From: Bacteroidales bacterium
Lineage (GTDB): Bacteria; Bacteroidota; Bacteroidia; Bacteroidales; UBA3663
DNA length: 64,000 nucleotides
Reading direction: 5' to 3'
Assembly (NCBI GenBank): GCA_045576355.1
Contig: JAZNGG010000029.1
Coordinates: 8,109 to 72,108, forward strand
Shown here: positions 10,050-19,669 of the stretch, piece by piece
Position numbering within the stretch: the stretch's first letter is position 1
Layout: the number at the start of each line of letters is the position of its first letter
Notes under the pieces: model-generated
Told to the model about the DNA's origin: nothing
Databases searched by the model: none
The model's input: the letters and a program-made list of their open reading frames with translations, nothing else
Program-made: the position numbers and the translations under genes

Positions 10050-11060
10050 TTATTCTACAATAAAAATATCTTCGTTATCCTCTCCCCAGGGTGTCACGGT
10101 GGGGACATCAAAGAGGATACGGTCCTGATCTATCACCGTAAAAGTGTAGCGGTATTTCTTACCTGCCTCCCACGTCGGCACCACTTGCGCCACGGTCGCC
10201 GGGCGCAATATGGTCTCATGATAGGACTTATTACCTCCAAAGTCTATCTCATACTCGATGCGGAAAGCATAATTGATGGTGATATTACCGGGCAACGCTA
10301 AAATACCATTCTCAAACAAGGCGGTGGGCTGAGCTGCAGAGAGCGAAGCCAATGGTGTCTGCCTGTTGTCCACGAGGTAGGGTGCATCCATCGTGGTCAA
10401 AGAGGATGCCGGAGTCCACGTACTCTCGCCCGCGATGGTCTCAGAGTATGTTGCCGAGCCCGCCATGCCATAAAAAGAGACACGGGTCACGGTCACAGAT
10501 CCTCCACCATAAGAGGAGACCTCTTCCCTACCGCAAAGCTCGACATAAGCCAAACGGTGATTGAAGTCGAAAGCGACCGGATCGGGGGTTACACCCTCCT
10601 GCTGGGTGTATGAGATCTGGATCGGAGTCGCTGTCATGAAGTCTTGCTGATGCTCTGCACCTGCCAAGGAGAGCGGGAGGGAGAGCGTGCCCAAATCGGT
10701 GTCGAGGGTGGCAGACTCGCCCGATGCATAGGGATAGAGGGCATAAAAACGATAGGTGCGGGCACTGATCCAGTAGCGCGGATTATCATACTCCCAAACA
10801 GAGGCACTCTTTTTCTCTACCTCCACGTTTTCAAAGTCCCTTTGCAGAGACAAAACATTGTCTCCGATGAGGCTGTATCCCCAGACCGAGAAGCTGTCTC
10901 CGGTCTCAAAAGACTCTTTCAGCGCACGAGTGTCGGCTGAGCGGAAAGCGATCTCCTCTGAGACCGTCTGCCACTCCTCATCTCCATGCTGACAGCCTGT
11001 CAGCATAAGAGAGATGCCACACAGGACCATCACCAGCTCTATCTTTTTGACAATTTTCAT
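10050..11060 (-). CDS. Fimbrillin-like lipoprotein (type V pilus accessory subunit)
   Basis: 336 aa, lipobox LMLTGC, operon position. Confidence 0.6.
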   Translation of the reverse strand: MKIVKKIELVMVLCGISLMLTGCQHGDEEWQTVSEEIAFRSADTRALKESFETGDSFSVWGYSLIGDNVLSLQRDFENVEVEKKSASVWEYDNPRYWISARTYRFYALYPYASGESATLDTDLGTLSLPLSLAGAEHQQDFMTATPIQISYTQQEGVTPDPVAFDFNHRLAYVELCGREEVSSYGGGSVTVTRVSFYGMAGSATYSETIAGESTWTPASSLTTMDAPYLVDNRQTPLASLSAAQPTALFENGILALPGNITINYAFRIEYEIDFGGNKSYHETILRPATVAQVVPTWEAGKKYRYTFTVIDQDRILFDVPTVTPWGEDNEDIFIVE

Positions 11061-11152
11061 CTCTTAATAGTGATTTGTGGGCTTCTGCCCGATTAGGGAT
11101 CATAGGGGGAACATTCAACCCCCTATGACCAATAGGATTTTCCGTGAAGGAA

Positions 11153-12073
11153 TTAGAATGTGATAGCACCACCGCCATCATTACCCCAAGCTGCTACAGA
11201 AGCGCTGAAGGTAATAGTGTTCTTATCAACACTTACAGTAGCTGTATAATTATAAGCATAACCCGGCTTCCAAGTCACATTAGAAACGGTTCCGCTATAA
11301 TTTTTAGTCTTGATAACAGCACCATTGGCATCCAACATCTCAGCTGTGAAAGAGACAGCGATGCTTGCCAATGTCTGAGGAATCACATAAAACTCTTCAG
11401 ACACACCAGCAGCCTGACCGGCAATAGCTGTCAAATCTGTATATTCAACAGCAGCCTTAGAACTGTTAGAAGCCTCCCAAGACGTAGCAGCAGCAGTTAC
11501 AGTAGCGTTACCTGCATTAGGAATCTCAGCGATAGTCAAGTCTTTGATGTTCATCTTATAAGATGCATCCTCACCATTGGTCAAAGTAAATTTAACTTTT
11601 GACAAAAGGTGACCGAAAGCCAAATCCACCGGAGCAGTACGACCTGTACCATTAATATCATCAGCAACAACAGCTGCCACCAAGTCATTGGCTCCAACAG
11701 TATAGTTGTTGACGGTCAAAGTCTTAGTAGCCGGAGCAAATGAAACACCAGCCAAAGGTTCACCGGTTTTACCATTAGCATAAGCCGCAAACTGATAGCT
11801 GTTTTCAGTCCAGTAAGCTGTTACTTCAGGAGTAGTACCATTGGTTACTTTTGTGTTGTTAAACACCGTGGTAGTTCCATAGTTACCAAACACGAAGTAA
11901 GCATTAGACTGCAAATCTGATGACACGACATCATTTACAGCCTTAGTCACATTGTCTGTGTAAGGGTTGTTGAAACGGATAGCCTTGTACTGAGCCATCT
12001 CTTCAACAGAACTTTCAGAGCAGCTTGCAAAAGCAACTAATGCTGCGCCCAACATAAAAATACTTTTCTTCAT
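11153..12073 (-). CDS. Fimbrillin family protein, probable major stalk subunit
   Basis: 306 aa, lipobox AFASC. Preceded by a 170-nt intergenic region that is A/C-rich on the coding strand. Confidence 0.65.
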   Translation of the reverse strand: MKKSIFMLGAALVAFASCSESSVEEMAQYKAIRFNNPYTDNVTKAVNDVVSSDLQSNAYFVFGNYGTTTVFNNTKVTNGTTPEVTAYWTENSYQFAAYANGKTGEPLAGVSFAPATKTLTVNNYTVGANDLVAAVVADDINGTGRTAPVDLAFGHLLSKVKFTLTNGEDASYKMNIKDLTIAEIPNAGNATVTAAATSWEASNSSKAAVEYTDLTAIAGQAAGVSEEFYVIPQTLASIAVSFTAEMLDANGAVIKTKNYSGTVSNVTWKPGYAYNYTATVSVDKNTITFSASVAAWGNDGGGAITF

Positions 12074-12243
12074 AGTTGTAATGAATTAAAGAGTTAGTAA
12101 TTAGTTAATTTGTTTTTTGTTTGTTAGTTATTTGTTTTGTTTAATTGACTTGTTTGAGAAACTTTATTGGGTTGTCTCAAGAGAAAAAAGATGATTGTTT
12201 TGTTTGGTGTTTGAATGTGTTTTTATTGTTAATAATTATGTTT

Positions 12244-13278
12244 TCAGAACTCGATTTCTACATCTTCATACTCCCCCCAGTCAGTCACATCGACCGAGAA
12301 ACCACCGCCGGAGCCCTTACCCGGCTCTTCAACGATGATGTCCCCCACTTCGATCACACCGCCACGCGGCTGTCCCTTCATCTGGTCTGTGATGTCAAAC
12401 TCATAGGTACGGACTTCGCCATTGGTGAGGCAACACTCGAGATTGAGCGCATAGTGCTCCACGCGGGTATCCGGTGCTCTGTTATAATACTTGTCCGGAT
12501 AGCCGGGGATACCGAATGAGACCACCATCGCCTCCGCACCAAAGTCCCTCATCGTGCAGTCATAGAGGAGGGTTACCGCTTCGTCAGCCGTCTGACCATT
12601 CTTAAGATAGACCGACTCTGCCATACCGGCGATGGCTCCACGCGTCTGCTTGACGTGCTCGAGACCCTTAACGATGTTATAGCGTATGATATATGTATAG
12701 GTGAGCGGACGCATCACGATGGGGAGCTCGACATCCTCAAGGGTCATCTCAGCCATATAGCCCTCGACATAGTGCCCGAAAAGGGCGTCGGGAGGAGAAA
12801 CGGTGCGTTCGTTGGCATGCAAACCCTGGAACGTGCTTCGCGTCACGGTGCGTGTGGTGGCAGTGGCTGTCGCGGTCGATGCCAGGTCGGTGAAGACAAC
12901 ATGATAGGTGTCGTTGTTATAGAAAAGGAGGTCATTGAGACCACGCTCGAGTGCGAGACGACCACCTCCGGTCTGCAGATTGTGCTTGATGTGACCTCCG
13001 GAGGGGGTGTAAGACAAGACACGTATGCCGTCAGGCGCAGAGGGATTGAGTTCGTCATAGTCAAAACCAAACCGGGCATCCCAGGCCTCACGCCAGTTAT
13101 AGTCATAGGGACGCTCCCAGACGAGTTCCCAGTCAGCCACCGCCATGACACGCACAGCAAGGACATGATCCTCATGTTCATAGCAGAGGTCTTTACGACA
13201 TCCGGTGAGGGAGAGGGCAACAAAGAGAAGTGCCCAAGTGATGCGGCAGAGTGAGAAGATCTTATTCATCGCTCTCAC
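12244..13278 (-). CDS. FimB/Mfa2-family (DUF5119-like) pilus anchor/terminator lipoprotein
   Basis: 344 aa, lipobox LSLTGC. Sits second in the operon after the DUF3575 protein, the usual Bacteroidales arrangement. Confidence 0.6.
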   Translation of the reverse strand: MRAMNKIFSLCRITWALLFVALSLTGCRKDLCYEHEDHVLAVRVMAVADWELVWERPYDYNWREAWDARFGFDYDELNPSAPDGIRVLSYTPSGGHIKHNLQTGGGRLALERGLNDLLFYNNDTYHVVFTDLASTATATATTRTVTRSTFQGLHANERTVSPPDALFGHYVEGYMAEMTLEDVELPIVMRPLTYTYIIRYNIVKGLEHVKQTRGAIAGMAESVYLKNGQTADEAVTLLYDCTMRDFGAEAMVVSFGIPGYPDKYYNRAPDTRVEHYALNLECCLTNGEVRTYEFDITDQMKGQPRGGVIEVGDIIVEEPGKGSGGGFSVDVTDWGEYEDVEIEF

Positions 13279-14410
13279 CTCCTTTCACTCGCTTGAAAAA
13301 TTCGTAATCGAGACGCCAGGACAATGAGAGACCCAACTTGATGGGACCGAAATAGTGGATCCTGCGGCTCTTCTGGAAGACATAGTGACCGTCCATCGGG
13401 AGATACTCTCGGCTCTTGGAGGTCATATAGCCTAACCCTATTTCTGCATCGAGCGACCAATGCTCACTGATGGGCCACATATAGCCATAAACAAAACCTC
13501 CTAACCAAGCCTCACCCTTAAAGCCACGATTGTGCGGCTCCAGGTCATACCATGCACCGCCTGCCATCAATCCGGCATAGTGTCCATGCCAGCGCTCTGT
13601 GGTGCGGAACCAATAGCGAGCCTCTCCGGTGATAAGTGCCATCTGATAATACTGATGCTTGTGGTCACTGTGCCACCACGGCACGGTGGCATCTACCTGA
13701 GCCGACCAGCGATCGTTAAACAGCGCCTCTACCGAGAGAGACGGGGCAAGGATGGCATCATAGAGGAGGTTGCTCTTGATGGCGATCGGAGGCCACTGCC
13801 AACGTTTGATCCGATCGCGGGGAGCTGTAGTCACTTGATAGACATTGGTTGGGATCTCTGGCATCCCGGAGACCACCCAGGTCGGAGCCGGCTCACCCCA
13901 TGAGTCTCCAAAAGTCGGGGTCGGTGTGAATGAGGCTACGGCACTATCGGCATAGACCAAAGTGAGGACCACCACATCACGGATCTCTCCGCGATAGCGA
14001 CGGTCGATGTAGTTGGTCGTATAAAAATCGCTCTCTTTAAGTCCGAGATTCATCAGAAAGTGACTCTTGACCTGATTACTGCGGTTGCGGACTGCCTTCC
14101 GCTTCAGTGCCCAGGACTCATAGCCTTCGAGATAACCATCGATCGCCACCTTAAGTGTACCGGCATGGATCTCCGATCGATGTCGCTTAATCAAGGCGGT
14201 CGCTTCAGCAAGACTCCGCTCATTGGTGTGGCGGAAGTGCATGAGTCGGTTTTTAGGGAAACGGAAGAGGATAACGCTGTCTGAAGCAGGTACAGAGACA
14301 CCATGCCCGAAAGTGGTCTCTCGGGCGAAGAGGCAATCTGCATTGCTCAAAGCAAATGCTATAAGCACTCCACATATTACAAATCTCATTAAGGAGAACA
14401 ATCCTTTCAC
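13262..14410 (-). CDS. DUF3575-family outer-membrane protein, first gene of the pilus operon
   Basis: 382 aa with signal peptide. C-terminal beta-barrel-like half (IAIKSNLLYDAILAPSLSVEALF...). Confidence 0.6.
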   Translation of the reverse strand: MKGLFSLMRFVICGVLIAFALSNADCLFARETTFGHGVSVPASDSVILFRFPKNRLMHFRHTNERSLAEATALIKRHRSEIHAGTLKVAIDGYLEGYESWALKRKAVRNRSNQVKSHFLMNLGLKESDFYTTNYIDRRYRGEIRDVVVLTLVYADSAVASFTPTPTFGDSWGEPAPTWVVSGMPEIPTNVYQVTTAPRDRIKRWQWPPIAIKSNLLYDAILAPSLSVEALFNDRWSAQVDATVPWWHSDHKHQYYQMALITGEARYWFRTTERWHGHYAGLMAGGAWYDLEPHNRGFKGEAWLGGFVYGYMWPISEHWSLDAEIGLGYMTSKSREYLPMDGHYVFQKSRRIHYFGPIKLGLSLSWRLDYEFFKRVKGGESDE

Positions 14411-14662
14411 TTACTTCAAACAATTATGAGACTGTCTATATTATGAATCTTTCCAACCAACAAGAAAGAAAAACAAATCTTTCGGTAATGTTATGACCAC
14501 ACATACTGCTCATAGCTACTTCCACATTTATATTTCGCAATCAATATCAATTGAGTTCAATTCCGTTAAGACGCCTGTAACAAAATTTATGGTAACAAAG
14601 ATAGAGAAAAATGGAAAAGAGAGTTTACATCTATGTATATTTATTTGTTTTAATAAAAATTC

Positions 14663-14690
14663 CAATTTTACCCCCCCCCGAATTTGCAAT
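14663..14690 (-). promoter_or_regulatory. Promoter-like region whose spacer contains a G9 tract (minus strand) upstream of the pilus operon
   Basis: Minus strand reads TTGCAAATTC-GGGGGGGGG-TAAAATTG. TAAAATTG is one mismatch from TAnnTTTG. Confidence 0.2.
14671..14679. repeat. Homopolymeric C9 tract
   Basis: Nine consecutive C, 261 nt upstream of the pilus operon start codon (14410). Confidence 0.95.
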
Positions 14691-14767
14691 ATAGAGATAG
14701 CAAAACAAATCAAAGAGTTACTCCCTCTGGTCGTGGGCTTCTCGTGCTGAGGGGTCGAGGGGTTTAT

Positions 14768-14890
14768 GGGGCTGCGCCCTGCTATGGCGATGGCGCGGTT
14801 GGTTTAGGGGGCCTTTGGCATTAAGGGCATCATGGCCTTAAAAGTTAAAATCCTTTGCCATCGCCATCAGCCATCGCAAGGCGCAGCCCC
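14768..14890. repeat. Palindromic MITE/REP-like intergenic element (family copy R1)
   Basis: GGGCTGCGCCCTGCTATGGCGATGGCG ... GCCATCGCCATCAGCCATCGCAAGGCGCAGCCCC. The ends are inverted repeats of each other. Confidence 0.8.
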
Positions 14891-15092
14891 ATACCCTCGT
14901 TTTTTAGAAAATTAACACCCAAATGCCATCTTGGCATATCATTTTAGAAGGTTTAGCATACCATCCGGCATGGTGACAAACACAAAGGAGACCTCACAAT
15001 GATTTTGGGGTAAAGGGATCAGAAGACAAAGTATCAATCATAAAAATCATAGTGAAGTCCGAGGGAAAAATCGAGAAAGAGAAAATTTCTCT

Positions 15093-15216
15093 CGCATCGG
15101 CTCTCATCTGTTTTCGCATCGGCTTATATGGGCAACGTGTCGAGGCGAATTTTTCACGAGCGTAGCCTCGTTGCACAACGAGCGTACGCTCATCGATCAA
15201 CGAGGGTACGCTCGTT
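15093..15216 (-). repeat. 22-bp-periodic array (copy A): three GCCGATGCG-type repeats plus three AACGAG-N6-CTCGTT palindromes
   Basis: CGCATCGGC at 15093 and 15115. Palindromes at 15155-15172, 15177-15194 and 15199-15216. Confidence 0.8.
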
Positions 15217-15333
15217 GAATAATGAGGCTACGCACGTGAAGTAAAAAGCCTCGGCCCTTTAAGCAAAAAAACTCGATGAATGGACCCTTTCGGGCCGTTG
15301 AAATGTCGTCCGAATGACTGGGTACAGGGAGAC

Positions 15334-15431
15334 AAAAAGCGATGAAGCATTGAAACATGGAGGGTCTGAACCCAACAACGTATCAACGCTTCATCGTTTA
15401 CTATCCCAAAACTTGGTGTAATCACCAAAAA
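15334..15431 (-). ncRNA. Candidate ~100-nt RNA inside cassette copy A
   Basis: TATCTTTG box at complement 15438-15445. 14-bp stem (15340-15353 / 15383-15396) followed by CTTTTT on the minus strand. Confidence 0.3.
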
Positions 15432-15480
15432 GTGTCACAAAGATACAACAATCGAAAGCCGATGTCAAGAGGGAGAAAGG

Positions 15481-15719
15481 TTTTTTAACAGTTTGGTTTG
15501 TTGGTTGAGGGGTTGAGGGGTTTAAGGGTTGAAAATATAAACTACTAAACCTTTAAACTACTAAACCTTTAAACTTTTAAACCAAACAACGGTTGCGCCC
15601 TGCGATGGCGATGGCACCTCTGTTCTCTGTTCTCTGTTCTCTGTACTCTGTTCTCTGTCCTGCTATGGCTTTTGGCTATGGCTATAGCAGAGGGCTTTGT
15701 TTTCACTTTTCACCTCTCC
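15481..15719. repeat. Composite intergenic repeat region (family copy R2)
   Basis: Contains G-rich decamers (15491-15531), GCGCCCTGCGATGGCGATGGC, a (TGTTCTC)x5 microsatellite (15621-15655) and a GGCTTTGTTTTCACTTTTCAC module. Confidence 0.8.
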
Positions 15720-16559
15720 TCAAAAAACCGGGAGGGCGAGTAGTTTATATTGCACCGTCCGGGCAATGCGGTAATGCCCCAGGGCATTGGGATGGAGCAA
15801 GTCGGTCTCCGGATGATGGTAATAACGGGCATGGCTCTCCACCATCGGGTGAAGGCCACTCTCTGAATGGAGGTCGATGAGCGGTACAGCCCACAGCGTA
15901 GCAGCCTGCTTCAGTGTCTCGACATAGCTCTCAAGATAGAGCCCGAGCTTATTGGCATAATTCTCATCCGGCTGCACATTGGTGGCACGGAAAGTGGCAA
16001 AACCTCGGTGAGGAGGTGTCATGAGCACAATCTGAGCCTCAGGATAGTGCCCTTTGAGATAAGAGAGGAGCTTATTGATGCGCCCGGCAAAGGTGCGATC
16101 GGTCATGACAAACGTGCGGTGAAGGGCAGAGACCATCTTGCCATCGAGAGAGACACTGTCATACTGCTCGGTATAGAACTCCCCGATCGGGGTCGAATTG
16201 CGATAATCATTGGTGCCTGCCCAAATGATGATAGCATCGATGGAGTCACCCAGGGCAGCACGCATCTCCTGCGCTTTCTTCATCACCCCATTCCATTGAT
16301 AACCACTGCGGGCAAAGACATGAGACTCGATGCCGAGCAACTCGGAGAGATACTGCCAGTAGAAAGCGGTCGTAGCATTAGACCCCTTGTCAGACATGGA
16401 GTCACCCAGGAAAGCTACACGCTTGCCCTGCCACTGCGAACCGAGAATCTTGTCCGCCTCGGGCACCTGCACCGGTGCCGTAGCCTCATGACCGGGATGG
16501 GCATGAAGCATGGAGAGGGAAAAACAGAGGGTCAGAAAAAAGAGAAAATGACGTTTCAT
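15720..16559 (-). CDS. SGNH/GDSL-family hydrolase (carbohydrate esterase-like)
   Basis: 279 aa with signal peptide. Blocks FLGDSMSD, WAGTNDY and DLLHP. Confidence 0.8.
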   Translation of the reverse strand: MKRHFLFFLTLCFSLSMLHAHPGHEATAPVQVPEADKILGSQWQGKRVAFLGDSMSDKGSNATTAFYWQYLSELLGIESHVFARSGYQWNGVMKKAQEMRAALGDSIDAIIIWAGTNDYRNSTPIGEFYTEQYDSVSLDGKMVSALHRTFVMTDRTFAGRINKLLSYLKGHYPEAQIVLMTPPHRGFATFRATNVQPDENYANKLGLYLESYVETLKQAATLWAVPLIDLHSESGLHPMVESHARYYHHPETDLLHPNALGHYRIARTVQYKLLALPVF

Positions 16560-16561
16560 AA

Positions 16562-19500
16562 TTATAATGTCGGTACGACAGGACGGATCGTCCCATCAGG
16601 GTTAAACTCTAATTTATCGATACAGATTTCGCGATTATAGCCGGCATCCCATCCCTTTTTGATGGCATCGGGACGAGCGAAACGGTGATAGACGATATAC
16701 CACTCATCGGTGCCCGGCTTTTGCAGGATGGAGTGATGTCCGGTGCCATAGACACCCTTAGAGGGATCTTGTGAGAGGACCACTGTGCGCTCCACGCCCA
16801 CAGGCTTGCCATCGCGGACAAACTCTGTCGGGGAGTCGCTGATCAGGTAGCGCACTCGATAGTTGGCACTGCGTGTGTCGTTTTCTGACCACATGAAGTA
16901 ATACTTGCCATCGCGATAGAAGACATAGGTAGCCTCGTTATAGCCATACTTACGTTTGTCCTTGCGCGGGATTAGGATTTTCGGTTCGCCACGGAGGGAA
17001 ATCATGTCGTCACCCAGCTCAGCCACAGCGAGGTAGCTATTGCCCCAATAGAGATAATACTTGCCGGAGACCGGATCACGGAAGACATCCGGGTCGATCA
17101 CCTGACCGCCGCCCGATCCGGCAGGAGCCTTGTCGAGCAACGGCTTGCCCAAAGCATCGCGATAGGGACCGGCAGGATGTTTGGCAACGGCAACACCGAT
17201 CTTCTTATCTGCTACGAAATAATAATAGTAGCGATAGTTGTTGCGATCATATTTGCGCTCGATGGCACACGGAGCCCATCCGCACTCATCTGCCCACGAG
17301 ATGTCCTTCTTCAAGTCGATCATGACACCCTCATCCTTCCACTCCTTGAGATCGGCAGAGGAATAGAGGTGGAAATCATGGTTCTTCCAGCCGACAATGC
17401 CATCGGTGGTCGGGTAGAGATAATATCTTTTATCCTTCTCCGAATAAAGGATTTCGGGGTCGGCATAGAGACCGGGAATCACGGGATTATTGACATTGGG
17501 CTGGATGTGACGAGCCTCACGCTCATCAGACCATGCCTGAAGCCGCTCATACTCCTCTCGGGTCAGACGCATGAACGATCCGTGCTGCGGACCATTGACG
17601 CCCTCGATGTTTTGAGGATTGGAGAAGTTGCGCATATACTTATCTGCCTTGCAGATGCGATAGTTGCGGGGACGGGAAGAGTATTCGATGTAGGCAATAC
17701 GCCATCCCTCCTCACCGAAGAGCTGGAATGCAGAGACACCCTCACACTTCTTTTTACCCTCAAAATTCACATAGTCATCAGCCACCGGCTCACTCCAGGG
17801 ACCGGTGATCGCCTTGGAAGTGGCAGTGAAGAGACCCGGAGTACCACCCTCCTTCTTGATCATCATGTGATAGAGCCCATCAGACTCCAGATAATTGATA
17901 TCGGCATCGATGGTGGCATACCCCCAGTCAAAGAGGAGTCTCGGCTTGGTGAGGGTAGTGAAACTCTCATCGGCATAAGAGTAATACATACGGTCATAAG
18001 GCTCTTCGGCACGATTCCAGAGAGAGTAGTAGATGAAGTATCCCCCCTCTTTGCCATCGGGCCAGACATAGGCAGGATCCCAGACGATCTGGGGCGCCCA
18101 GACACGATTGATCGTGCTCCAGTTATCATAGGCATCGGGCGAATCGGGATCTGAGAAGATGGAGTCACCCTTACGGAAGTCGAATGTCACGGACGACCAA
18201 TGGATGAGATCGTCTGAGGTATATAGATCGATGCCATAGTTGTCCCACACCTTACTCTTGCGGACACACATGTCGGTGGTCACCATCAGATAACCGCTGC
18301 CGTCATGCTTCCGGCAGATATAGGCATCACGCGTACCCCCCTCGATGCGGGCATGCTCAGCTGGATCAAAAATCGGATCTCCATGGATCAGATCATGAAA
18401 ATGAAGTCCATCACGGCTCAGGGCATAGGCAGTCCACTCTCCACGATCACTCATGTGGCAATAAAGATAGCCATAGTCACCCTTTTGCAGATTTTGCGCC
18501 ACACTCTTCTTTTGCTGCTTGGCACGCATTTTAGCTCGCACCTTGCCAATCCACTCGTCATATTCATCAATTGCCTCCTGCGCATCACCACTGAGCCAGG
18601 AATAACCGGTGCGACGTTCGTGCTCGATCTCTTCCACCCGTGCCCGCTTGATGCCATCGCGACCACAGTAGTAGGGTTGCTGCGTCTCCAAATCATAATA
18701 ACGCGCCCAAAGGGGACGAGCACCCGGTTTGTCCACGAGACGATAGTCACGACGACCCTGCTCATCGGTGAAGCGCTCGATCGCCTTGTCGTGGATGGCA
18801 TGAGCCTTAAGCCACTCGATACCGGCTGTCACTGCCTCAACATACTCCTCAGAGACTTCAGTAAAGCCCATCAAGAGGAGAAGCAGATCGGGAGTCTCAC
18901 CACAACCGGTCAGCGAAGCATGTTCATAAGAGCGGGCATTGGCAGGCTGCAAGGTCTTCTCGTCATACTGCTGACACCAAACCGTCCGCTTGCCATCGAT
19001 GCGTACCTGGGTTTTCAGAATACAATCTATGCCCTTATCAAAGGCCTCCTGTGACCTACGGATCAAATCTTCCGAAAGATTCAGTTTGTGATAGGGTTGT
19101 TTATTGCGGGCAATGTCACGGAGCACCTTCATCACGTTGGCCATCGCGCCATCGTTGAAAGTGATATGGCTCGAATAATCCGGGCGACCCTTGCTATTGA
19201 CCTTGAGCGGATAATACTGCGGCCATCCGCCATTGTCATATTGCATCTCCAAAAGGTAATTGACACCCCGAATAAAAGCCTCCTTACAACGCTCCGCTCC
19301 GGTGGCATTATAGACCTTGGCGAGGTAGAGCATTTCGATGGTAGTAGCCTTGTTGTCAATGGTAGAGCCAATGCCGGTGGTCTGCATGGCTTTACGAAGT
19401 GAGGCGCGATTCTGAACCTTATTCCACTGATTATTTTTCGCCCAGCCTCCGGAGGGGAACTGATAGGCAATCACTGTGTCAGCCAATGCCAGAGCCTCAG

Positions 19501-19669
19501 CCGTACCATACCACTCGGCAGGCATCTTGCGGGCCACATCGCTCCACTTCATCTCGGCTACCGTTTTTGGTTTGCTACGATAGGAAGGGCGTTTTTGATC
19601 AACGTTTTGTGCCCAAACGGCAGAAACAGTCAAAAGAAAACAGAGGAGTGTACAGAAAGGAGTTTTCAT
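16562..19669 (-). CDS. Multidomain pectin-active enzyme: PL10-type pectate lyase domain plus two GH43-like domains
   Basis: 1035 aa with signal peptide. N-terminal third matches the pectic-acid-lyase pattern (FPSGGWAKN..., MQYDNGGWPQYYP). Followed by two five-bladed-propeller GH43-like regions (the second starts NNPVIPGLYADPEILY). Confidence 0.7.
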   Translation of the reverse strand: MKTPFCTLLCFLLTVSAVWAQNVDQKRPSYRSKPKTVAEMKWSDVARKMPAEWYGTAEALALADTVIAYQFPSGGWAKNNQWNKVQNRASLRKAMQTTGIGSTIDNKATTIEMLYLAKVYNATGAERCKEAFIRGVNYLLEMQYDNGGWPQYYPLKVNSKGRPDYSSHITFNDGAMANVMKVLRDIARNKQPYHKLNLSEDLIRRSQEAFDKGIDCILKTQVRIDGKRTVWCQQYDEKTLQPANARSYEHASLTGCGETPDLLLLLMGFTEVSEEYVEAVTAGIEWLKAHAIHDKAIERFTDEQGRRDYRLVDKPGARPLWARYYDLETQQPYYCGRDGIKRARVEEIEHERRTGYSWLSGDAQEAIDEYDEWIGKVRAKMRAKQQKKSVAQNLQKGDYGYLYCHMSDRGEWTAYALSRDGLHFHDLIHGDPIFDPAEHARIEGGTRDAYICRKHDGSGYLMVTTDMCVRKSKVWDNYGIDLYTSDDLIHWSSVTFDFRKGDSIFSDPDSPDAYDNWSTINRVWAPQIVWDPAYVWPDGKEGGYFIYYSLWNRAEEPYDRMYYSYADESFTTLTKPRLLFDWGYATIDADINYLESDGLYHMMIKKEGGTPGLFTATSKAITGPWSEPVADDYVNFEGKKKCEGVSAFQLFGEEGWRIAYIEYSSRPRNYRICKADKYMRNFSNPQNIEGVNGPQHGSFMRLTREEYERLQAWSDEREARHIQPNVNNPVIPGLYADPEILYSEKDKRYYLYPTTDGIVGWKNHDFHLYSSADLKEWKDEGVMIDLKKDISWADECGWAPCAIERKYDRNNYRYYYYFVADKKIGVAVAKHPAGPYRDALGKPLLDKAPAGSGGGQVIDPDVFRDPVSGKYYLYWGNSYLAVAELGDDMISLRGEPKILIPRKDKRKYGYNEATYVFYRDGKYYFMWSENDTRSANYRVRYLISDSPTEFVRDGKPVGVERTVVLSQDPSKGVYGTGHHSILQKPGTDEWYIVYHRFARPDAIKKGWDAGYNREICIDKLEFNPDGTIRPVVPTL

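Larger units (their letters stand above)
14895..15480 (-). repeat. Non-coding cassette, copy A (inverted relative to copy B at 48881-49460)
   Basis: The reverse complement aligns by eye along its whole length to 48881-49460, roughly 85 percent identical with several indels. Confidence 0.85.

Noticed and set aside
15593-15880. Short ORFs reading MAMAPLFSVL..., MAGLVYGLRLRWLMAMAMA... (49461-49673) and MAMADGFVFSF... (51817 onward).
   Set aside because: They are translations of the intergenic repeat family modules (GCCATCGCCATCAGCCATAGC and related). The reading frames are not conserved between copies. For the mutarotase gene, the internal Met at 51892 is used instead.
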